Of a DNA stretch of 64,000 nt, positions 58,041-64,000 are shown one piece after another. The translations under genes and the position numbers were made by a program. The stretch is from a virus. The stretch lies in IMG/VR virus record IMGVR_UViG_3300025875_000001, positions 1-64,000 of that record. One strand, written 5' to 3'. Each line of letters starts with the position of its first letter. The first letter of the stretch is position 1. A model generated the notes under the pieces. The model saw nothing but the letters and a program-made list of their open reading frames with translations. It did not search any database and was not told the DNA's origin.

Positions 58041-58438
58041 CTTTAGTAGAGCATGCAGAAAGTGAATTAAGACTAGCTGGATTATTTGACGAAGATTCAG
58101 ACTATGACGGCGCATTGGGACCGGCCATTTTGGAGGTAGTAAAGACCTTTTCTAGCTACGGCCACTCAGGTTTCTCTGCTATGATGAGCGTAGCAATTTT
58201 GGAGAAGCTATTACGCTTTGAGCCACTAACGCCACTCACTAACAACCCGCAAGAATGGTATCTTGTGGCAGAAGAGGTTGGCGGCAAGGATCTTTGGCAG
58301 TCAAGGCGTAACTCAGAAGCGTTCTCAAATGACGGCGGCAAGACATATAAGCTAAACTCAGAATATGTCTGGACCGGCCCTGACGAAGACAGGCAGCGAC
58401 AGGAAGCACCATTGCATACATCAGAGCAGTATGAGTGA
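58037..58438 (+). CDS. hypothetical protein
   Basis: AESELRLAG...FSSYGHSGFSA; AGGAG SD. Confidence 0.75.
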   Translation: MTLVEHAESELRLAGLFDEDSDYDGALGPAILEVVKTFSSYGHSGFSAMMSVAILEKLLRFEPLTPLTNNPQEWYLVAEEVGGKDLWQSRRNSEAFSNDGGKTYKLNSEYVWTGPDEDRQRQEAPLHTSEQYE

Positions 58439-58625
58439 GTATATAGAACCACTTACTGCTGACGAATTCCTATCTTTAGTTTATCAGTCTAAGGCAGACG
58501 CTGTAGACAGCATAACGAAGGGATTTAGGAAGGGTCACACATATAGTGGAGATGTAATAATCTTGTGGTTGGGCAGTATTGCTAATGAGTATAGAAAAGA
58601 GGCTTTAAAGCTTGACAGAACCTAA
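58431..58625 (+). CDS. hypothetical protein
   Basis: start trimmed to MSEYIEP. Confidence 0.55.
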   Translation: MSEYIEPLTADEFLSLVYQSKADAVDSITKGFRKGHTYSGDVIILWLGSIANEYRKEALKLDRT

Positions 58626-58812
58626 TGCTTTTGATCCAGATTATTTATTTCCGTCACTTTTGATACAAATCACTAGAACTTATGATGCAATAATGGCATT
58701 ACTTAGAGTAGCTGATCAAGAAGTGGCGGACTCATTAATGGCACTGCACGAACAGGGTGAATTCTTAAGCCCACCCCCATCTTTTAGAGAGGATAACAAT
58801 GGCAAAGATTGA
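58612..58812 (+). CDS. hypothetical protein
   Basis: GAGG SD, TTG start. Confidence 0.65.
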   Translation: MTEPNAFDPDYLFPSLLIQITRTYDAIMALLRVADQEVADSLMALHEQGEFLSPPPSFREDNNGKD

Positions 58813-59095
58813 GAAAAAAGTAGTAACACCTAAACCAATAACAACTTTTGTATTAGAGATAAGTCCAGAAGAAGCTAGTGGTTTATATAAGCTGGTCGAT
58901 TATGGTACCGAATACGATACTATTTTAGCCCTAGGTCTTAATGATGTAAGACATCAGCTCAATAACTCAGAAGACATCAACAGAGAGATGTTTGATTTTG
59001 GTACCAAAGCCACGAAAGCACGGGAACCAATTGTGGTTGAAGACGACGACGAAGATAATGAATTTAACTATGACTACTACGACTATGATGCCTAA
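58799..59095 (+). CDS. hypothetical protein
   Basis: GAGGA SD; acidic tail. Confidence 0.7.
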   Translation: MAKIEKKVVTPKPITTFVLEISPEEASGLYKLVDYGTEYDTILALGLNDVRHQLNNSEDINREMFDFGTKATKAREPIVVEDDDEDNEFNYDYYDYDA

Positions 59096-59679
59096 TGCCT
59101 TTTGATAATGACCAAATTGAATTAGTTAGAATAAGTCATGGTTTATATGAATTAAAACATGACCTTGTATATGTTGGTGAATCAGATACCTTCACCGTAA
59201 AGGCCGGGTCTAGAACTGATTATGCTACTGTCCCCCAATTTGTTAGTTGGTTAATACCAAGTGATGGGGATTATACACTAGCCGCTATTTTGCATGATGA
59301 GTTTTGCAACCGGCTTAATGATTGGGATAGGGTTGGAGGTAAATCTAAGCCAAATTATGTATTAGGAATTACTAGAGAAGAAGATGGCAAGTTTATACCC
59401 CGCCCCACTCCTAACGCCCGTGATACTGATGCTATATTTAGACGAATTATGCGGGAGTCAAAAGTACCATTTTTGCGCCGGTGGATTATTTGGACCGGCG
59501 TTAGATGGGGTGCAGCAGGAAACCCGGCAAGATGGGAAGGCTGGTGGAGAGACCTTCCAAAAGTCTTAATATTAAGCTTAATTGCACTCCCTGTAGTTCC
59601 TATAGCACTAGCTGCATGGATGTTGCTAATCGTAGACAATGTAGTAAATAAGGCACTATCACTATTTGGAGTAGAATAA
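59095..59679 (+). CDS. DUF1353-like protein with C-terminal membrane segment
   Basis: FTVKAGSRTDYATVP...AAILHD...TDAIF. Confidence 0.75.
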   Translation: MPFDNDQIELVRISHGLYELKHDLVYVGESDTFTVKAGSRTDYATVPQFVSWLIPSDGDYTLAAILHDEFCNRLNDWDRVGGKSKPNYVLGITREEDGKFIPRPTPNARDTDAIFRRIMRESKVPFLRRWIIWTGVRWGAAGNPARWEGWWRDLPKVLILSLIALPVVPIALAAWMLLIVDNVVNKALSLFGVE

Positions 59680-59991
59680 ATGGATTATGAAGTGACAGAA
59701 ATTTTAGAAAAATATATACCTGTAAAAAAGTCAACAGAATATGCAATTTTTATTACTTACGATAATCTTAATCTAAGATTAGATATGGAGTTTAAAGATA
59801 CTTGGAGTAAGGATAAAATTATTTCATTTATGAAAGCGCAGGCCGAGCAAGATATGGCTGACAAAGAATGGATAGATGATATTAGAAAAAGGCTTATTGA
59901 TTATTATAAACATTCTTCTGATTCAGATTCAGAATGGTCGAAAGAAGGGTTTCTAAAAAGAGGATATATACACAGCGATGTTACATTCTGA
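59680..59991 (+). CDS. hypothetical protein, possible family A member
   Basis: IFIT...LRLD.EF..TW..DKII. Confidence 0.7.
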   Translation: MDYEVTEILEKYIPVKKSTEYAIFITYDNLNLRLDMEFKDTWSKDKIISFMKAQAEQDMADKEWIDDIRKRLIDYYKHSSDSDSEWSKEGFLKRGYIHSDVTF

Positions 59992-60304
59992 CGAACCATT
60001 AGAAAAGTTTATAATTGAACAACAACATGAGGTTAAGGCCCAAATAGTTAAGCGCCTCAATCCTTTAGCTAACAAAGGCACAGAAGTAAAAACATTTACA
60101 GAGTTCAGGGCATCAATAGATAAGGTTGAGCTAACAACGTTTGTCATTTTCGCCGGGCGCAAGTTGAGGTTTGATTCAAGATTTGGAAACCTAGAACTAG
60201 CTAACCAAACAATTGACCAAATAGTTAACATGATCATGGCTCAATACCTAGAATGTTTTGTAGACTGGCAGGAGAAGAACAGTAGAGTAATATCATATGA
60301 CTGA
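59978..60304 (+). CDS. hypothetical protein, paralog family A/B
   Basis: ELTTF...RKLRFD...DQIV..I..QYL. Confidence 0.75.
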   Translation: MLHSDEPLEKFIIEQQHEVKAQIVKRLNPLANKGTEVKTFTEFRASIDKVELTTFVIFAGRKLRFDSRFGNLELANQTIDQIVNMIMAQYLECFVDWQEKNSRVISYD

Positions 60305-60578
60305 TATATGGGCAGATCTTATGCAAAACCGGCGGAACATAGTGTTGCATGCTATTAATGATCGTATTAATGCTATAGCAGATAAAGGACATCGCCCTAA
60401 AACACTTATAGTATATAGCCCCATTAGAAACAGTCTTGAATTTACAACCTTTGCAATAATGAAAAGACGTAGATTAAGATTTGACGCAGAGCTAGAACCC
60501 AAAAACGCCGGGGATACAGAAGACCAAATAGTTGACATAATTATAAGTCAATATCTACAACAGGTAGAGAAACTATGA
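60297..60578 (+). CDS. hypothetical protein, paralog family A/B
   Basis: EFTTF...RRLRFD...DQIV..I..QYL. Confidence 0.75.
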   Translation: MTDIWADLMQNRRNIVLHAINDRINAIADKGHRPKTLIVYSPIRNSLEFTTFAIMKRRRLRFDAELEPKNAGDTEDQIVDIIISQYLQQVEKL

Positions 60579-60733
60579 GACAAGGCTTAAAGTTAACACA
60601 AGAACAAGTAGATGAAATAAAGCTAGCATTAGCTAAGCCATATAGAGGACAACAAAAAGCGCTGGCCGAAAAATATAATGTAAGCCGTAATATAATAGGA
60701 GAGATAAGTCGTGGCACTATTTATAAAGATTAA
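60575..60733 (+). CDS. stand-alone HTH protein (52 aa, not in ORF track)
   Basis: Manual translation KLTQEQVDEIK...ALAEKYNVSRNIIGEISRG. Confidence 0.75.
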   Translation: MRQGLKLTQEQVDEIKLALAKPYRGQQKALAEKYNVSRNIIGEISRGTIYKD

Positions 60734-60893
60734 AAATCTAGCAAAAAAGCTACGTGTTGAATTAAAAAATTGGCCGGAAGCATTTGTTACTATAGATCTT
60801 TGGGTTAGTGAGTATCCTAGAAGAGAACATAGATTAATAAAAATATTACAATCAATTATTAGACCGGCTACTTTGATAGCAGTAAGACGATAG
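60711..60893 (+). CDS. hypothetical protein
   Basis: last plus-strand ORF before convergent junction. Confidence 0.45.
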   Translation: MALFIKIKNLAKKLRVELKNWPEAFVTIDLWVSEYPRREHRLIKILQSIIRPATLIAVRR

Positions 60894-61026
60894 GATGATG
60901 TAGGTTAATTTACTTGTGCATAATTCAAAATTTAAAAAATAGGTCGCGCGTTTTTGATGTACGATACGGTGGTCGAACAATTAAATTACCACTCTATTAG
61001 TGCGCACATAATTGTACAAATAATTG

Positions 61027-61140
61027 CTAGCTAATGAATTCCCGTACAGCAGCAATGGCATTAGCGAATGCATTAACGCTTGCTCCGACAATACCCATTG
61101 CGATTACAGTGTTAAAGATGGTGGTAGTCATGATGTCCAT
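61027..61140 (-). CDS. small hydrophobic peptide (37 aa)
   Basis: Manual translation MDIMTTTIFNTVIAMGIVGASVNAFANAIAAVREFIS. Confidence 0.5.
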   Translation of the reverse strand: MDIMTTTIFNTVIAMGIVGASVNAFANAIAAVREFIS

Positions 61141-61195
61141 TTCATGATGAGTTAGTGGAGAGGGCAGTTTAACGACATGCCCTAGGTCGTCTTGC

Positions 61196-61309
61196 TCAGT
61201 ACAGATTAGCGATAGCGTCTCCTATCCAGAATAGCATTGCGAATGCGATTGGAAGAAAGAACAACCAAGCTAGTGCCTTGACCAGTGTAAATAGGTGAGC
61301 GTTCCTCAC
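61196..61309 (-). CDS. small membrane peptide (37 aa)
   Basis: Manual translation MRNAHLFTLVKALAWLFFLPIAFAMLFWIGDAIANLY; GTGA overlap. Confidence 0.6.
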   Translation of the reverse strand: MRNAHLFTLVKALAWLFFLPIAFAMLFWIGDAIANLY

Positions 61310-61473
61310 TTCACCCGGCCCTTCCCTGCTGGATGCCTGTCCATGCATGCCTGCCTAGCCCTCTCAGCCGTCGTGTGCTGGCCTCCCATGGTGTGTCCGG
61401 TAGTGGGTGCCGGGATGATGAGTGTGAGCGCTCCTAGGGGCGTATGGCGGGTAGTCACAGCAGACCAAGCCAT
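61306..61473 (-). CDS. hypothetical protein (55 aa)
   Basis: Manual translation MAWSAVTTRH...GRVK; overlaps both neighbours. Confidence 0.45.
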   Translation of the reverse strand: MAWSAVTTRHTPLGALTLIIPAPTTGHTMGGQHTTAERARQACMDRHPAGKGRVK

Positions 61474-61682
61474 TCTGCCTCATACTCATCGATTGCTTCG
61501 CGCATGCCTTCCTCGGTGCGCGCGATGGTGGGCACGTCCGTGGCGTAGTCCCACACGTTAATGCAATCGAACGTTCGCCCCGTGCATTCGACGTCCTCCT
61601 GCCCGTGGATATCGATGTATGCGCCACCGTGCCACACATAGGTGGCGTATTCGGTTGTGATGTAGAGAGTTTCCATTGTCAT
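61455..61682 (-). CDS. hypothetical protein
   Basis: AGGAG SD then ATGACAATG. Confidence 0.7.
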   Translation of the reverse strand: MTMETLYITTEYATYVWHGGAYIDIHGQEDVECTGRTFDCINVWDYATDVPTIARTEEGMREAIDEYEAEWLGLL

Positions 61683-61710
61683 ACTCCTATAGCTAGTGGG
61701 GGGGGGTGGG

Positions 61711-61860
61711 TTAGTGAACGGTGACGCGCGAACCGTGACACTCACAGTGACAACCCACTAGGCGTGTCTGCCACCGAACACCATTCCATGACGTTATGGC
61801 GGTCACAGCGTCACATTCATTGTGCCTGCCCTCTTTGCACGCTTTGACATCCATTGTCAT
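61711..61860 (-). CDS. small Cys/His-rich protein
   Basis: Manual translation ...ACKEGRHNEC...GCHCECH; AAGGA SD then ATGACAATG. Confidence 0.6.
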   Translation of the reverse strand: MTMDVKACKEGRHNECDAVTAITSWNGVRWQTRLVGCHCECHGSRVTVH

Positions 61861-61896
61861 ATCCTTTGTTTGTATATATCGGTATGGGTGGGTTAG

Positions 61897-62358
61897 TTAG
61901 TCCAGGTCGTCGCTGTCACAGTCGCAGACATCGGCGGCACAGACAGGGAATGCCCTACTGCCGATATTGTAATCAGCGGTGCGCGGGTACTTAGTGAGAA
62001 AGTTTGCCTCTCCCTCATAGCGTGCAAATGCGGAAGTGATGACAGCGTGGGGATAGGTACGCATAACCTCCCGCATCACCCGGCCGTATGCGTGCCAGCA
62101 TGCCCACGGTCCCCGCCGACCTGATGCACTACGTCGGGCGCCCTCACCCTTGCTGCTCACAGCAATGATCCGACCCCGGAATCCGTATCCGTTAGCGGTA
62201 CTCACGTAGCCGCTACCGTCCTGGTGCACGGTCCGAGTGATCTTGCCAATTGGTCCGGCGTCCGGGTGCACGATCACATTGCCGCCGTATTCTGCGCTCA
62301 CCTTCTCAACAATTGCCCGGACAGTGGAGAACTCGACACCCTTGCCACGAACGTACAT
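61897..62358 (-). CDS. hypothetical protein
   Basis: AGGAGG SD; 153 aa. Confidence 0.75.
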   Translation of the reverse strand: MYVRGKGVEFSTVRAIVEKVSAEYGGNVIVHPDAGPIGKITRTVHQDGSGYVSTANGYGFRGRIIAVSSKGEGARRSASGRRGPWACWHAYGRVMREVMRTYPHAVITSAFARYEGEANFLTKYPRTADYNIGSRAFPVCAADVCDCDSDDLD

Positions 62359-62397
62359 TTAAAGCCTCCTGCTAGTGTATGTATTGGATATGTCAGT

Positions 62398-62461
62398 TGA
62401 CAATCCATGACTTCCCCTAACAAAGCCTAGCGGCCACATTAGGGGAAATCAAAGCGTGTCA
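62398..62461 (-). repeat. conserved intergenic hairpin motif, copy 1
   Basis: TGACACGCTTTGA-stem-TCATGGATTGTCA. Confidence 0.75.
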
Positions 62462-62782
62462 AACACTCATACGCCGAATGCGGGTTGCGGTCTTTCGGTA
62501 TGCCGCCCGCGCCTCTCTCAGCGTGTCGAACGTCTGCCAGTCTGCCCGTGTTCGCCCGCCATCTTCCGTTTCTACCCATCGGGGATAACGTCCGCTGTCA
62601 TCGAAGGTCTCCCCCGGAATGCGGGTGTGAACGTGCCAGCATCCATCATGCCGCATCATAACGGCAGGACTGTCACCGCCGTAATAATCGCTCGATCCGT
62701 CGGCGGGCGTTGACTCCAGATATCCGCATCCGAGCGCATATGCTGACAGTTCGCCCGTCTTAATCGTCATGTCAGTGTTCAT
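62459..62782 (-). CDS. hypothetical protein
   Basis: AGGAGG SD; start MNTDMT. Confidence 0.7.
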   Translation of the reverse strand: MNTDMTIKTGELSAYALGCGYLESTPADGSSDYYGGDSPAVMMRHDGCWHVHTRIPGETFDDSGRYPRWVETEDGGRTRADWQTFDTLREARAAYRKTATRIRRMSV

Positions 62783-62818
62783 GTCTTTCCTCCTGCTATT
62801 TGTGTCGGATATGTCGTC

Positions 62819-62872
62819 TGACATTCCATGAAAGCTAGCTAGGTTTAATTAGCTAGCTTTCAAAGCGTGTCA
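62819..62872 (-). repeat. conserved intergenic hairpin motif, copy 2
   Basis: TGACACGCTTTGA-stem-TCATGGAATGTCA. Confidence 0.75.
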
Positions 62873-63094
62873 GTCGCAGAGGACGTCGGGGTGACAAGAC
62901 GTGTGGTCTCCGGAGTCGTGACGCTCCAAAATGGCAGCGCCATAGGGGTCTCCGATATCGCCGTGGCCCTGGCAGTAATCGATTATCTGCCCACATGCCG
63001 GGCAGGATGAAACGAATTCGATTTCGTCGCCGTCCCACGTAAGGTCATCGGCAGGCCAGTCGGCAGAAACCGAATAGTCATCAAAGTAGGTCAC
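62870..63094 (-). CDS. small Cys/His metal-binding protein
   Basis: CPACG...YCQGHG...H..CH..C; GTGA overlap. Confidence 0.65.
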   Translation of the reverse strand: MTYFDDYSVSADWPADDLTWDGDEIEFVSSCPACGQIIDYCQGHGDIGDPYGAAILERHDSGDHTSCHPDVLCD

Positions 63095-63381
63095 AGTGTT
63101 TCTCCATCCGTGAAAGTGATCGGGTACTCGACCCAGCCGTTGTGGTCGAACGTCTTGTGGGAGAAGTGCAGGGCGATGGCGTAGGAAATGACCATTAGCG
63201 CCAGGGCGACGGAGACGATGAGCGTCCAGTCAATCTTTCGGCCCACCATCTCTCCCGTGCCAAACGTTGCGCGCTTGCTGCGATCTACTGTCGTTGCTGT
63301 ACATCGGTTGACTCCTATTGCTAGTTGGATTGCACGGTCACCATGGCACATAGGGCAATAATTGTTAATCCTATGTGCCAT
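63091..63381 (-). CDS. hypothetical membrane protein (start uncertain)
   Basis: one transmembrane helix LIVSVALALMVISYAIAL. Confidence 0.55.
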   Translation of the reverse strand: MAHRINNYCPMCHGDRAIQLAIGVNRCTATTVDRSKRATFGTGEMVGRKIDWTLIVSVALALMVISYAIALHFSHKTFDHNGWVEYPITFTDGETL

Positions 63382-63394
63382 GGAAACTAGGCAG

Positions 63395-63694
63395 TCACCA
63401 CCAGGTGCGGATCAAATTGTCGATGGTCGGATCGAGGTTGAGTGTGTAATCGGACACCACCTCATCGGGGGCATTGCCGAGCACGAAGAACACCCAGCCC
63501 GCACCATTCCCGCCGGGCAGCGTCACATGTAGGTGCGCCATATCCACGGCCATGATTGCTTCGACCGCTGCCGTTTCCGTGGAAACCTTGGTTTCCTCCT
63601 CACCATCGTTGACGGAGTAGAGCACGTGCCCGGACTTGCGCAGTGCCCGGATGACCTGCCGGATGCCAGCAGAGTCGGTAGTGGGTGCAGTCAT
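63395..63694 (-). CDS. hypothetical protein
   Basis: AGGAG SD; start MTAPTT. Confidence 0.7.
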   Translation of the reverse strand: MTAPTTDSAGIRQVIRALRKSGHVLYSVNDGEEETKVSTETAAVEAIMAVDMAHLHVTLPGGNGAGWVFFVLGNAPDEVVSDYTLNLDPTIDNLIRTWW

Positions 63695-63704
63695 TGTCTT
63701 TCTC

Positions 63705-63803
63705 CTATCGGTTAGCGGTCGGTCGGTTGGCGATGTCTGCTGCGATGCGCTGTGAGGGGCACCCACACGTTGCCCGGTGATGCTTGGGACAGTTGACGGG
63801 CAT
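63705..63803 (-). CDS. tiny Cys/His peptide (32 aa)
   Basis: Manual translation MPVNCPKHHRATCGCPS...; GAAAGG SD. Confidence 0.5.
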   Translation of the reverse strand: MPVNCPKHHRATCGCPSQRIAADIANRPTANR

Positions 63804-63825
63804 TGTCTTTACCTTTCGTCGTGTC

Positions 63826-63877
63826 TAACTTTCCATGAAAGCCACTAACGTTAATTAGTGACAATCAAAGCTAGTCA
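63826..63877 (-). repeat. conserved intergenic hairpin motif, copy 3
   Basis: TGACTAGCTTTGA-stem-TCATGGAAAGTTA. Confidence 0.7.
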
Positions 63878-64000
63878 GAATAGACCATCATTCCATTCCG
63901 ACTCTGTGAGCCGCAGCCAGCGGGACGATTCGCCGTTGTTGAGATTGGTCAATCTGACCCATACCCACCCGGCGTCGAAAGCTTTATCCACCTCCACCAA
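63875..64000 (-). CDS. hypothetical protein, C-terminal part (window edge)
   Basis: open frame ...WVWVRLTNLNNGESSRWLRLTESEWNDGLF*. Confidence 0.55.
   Translation of the reverse strand: MVEVDKAFDAGWVWVRLTNLNNGESSRWLRLTESEWNDGLF

Noticed and set aside
61295-63715. Alternative-frame and plus-strand ORFs (61295-61561, 61364-61639, 62456-62713, 62853-63038, 63533-63715)
   Set aside because: They arise from high GC (few stops) and overlap better-supported genes that have SDs.
1-64000. tRNA genes
   Set aside because: No GTTCRAATCC-type T-arm in a cloverleaf context was found by eye in the intergenic gaps.

Overview
The window is a 64 kb slice of a large, AT-rich, long-tailed (siphovirus-like) dsDNA bacteriophage. 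The LGFP-repeat endolysin points to a Corynebacteriales (mycolata) host. The gene set (DnaE, RecA, Cas4-like nuclease, class II RNR, ThyX) resembles the ~130 kb actinophage groups; this assignment is inference, not a database result. Three transcription blocks are visible. (1) 1-52273 on the minus strand: fibre/sialidase/glycosyltransferase cassette, intein-containing class II RNR, endolysin, portal-protease-capsid, head-tail joining and tail genes, a ~2000-aa tape measure, minor tail proteins, then replication/recombination genes (DnaB, primase, SSB, DnaE, MazG, RecA, resolvase, Cas4-like). (2) 52975-60893 on the plus strand: small accessory genes with thyX, a DEDDh exonuclease and an expanded paralog family. 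(3) 61027-64000 on the minus strand: tiny genes in a visibly GC-rich segment. No tRNA, CRISPR array, integrase, terminase or holin was recognised. The features least explained by the gene list are non-coding. They are a ~460-nt promoter-driven, multi-helix RNA with two loop-mediated long-range pairings (52375-52840), a ~160-nt promoter-and-terminator-bounded structured RNA (42455-42613), and a three-copy covarying hairpin that begins at stop codons in the GC-rich block. Also notable are a probable ATA start for the tape measure, a standalone sialidase next to a glycosyltransferase, and apparent CCGG over-representation (hand counts only).
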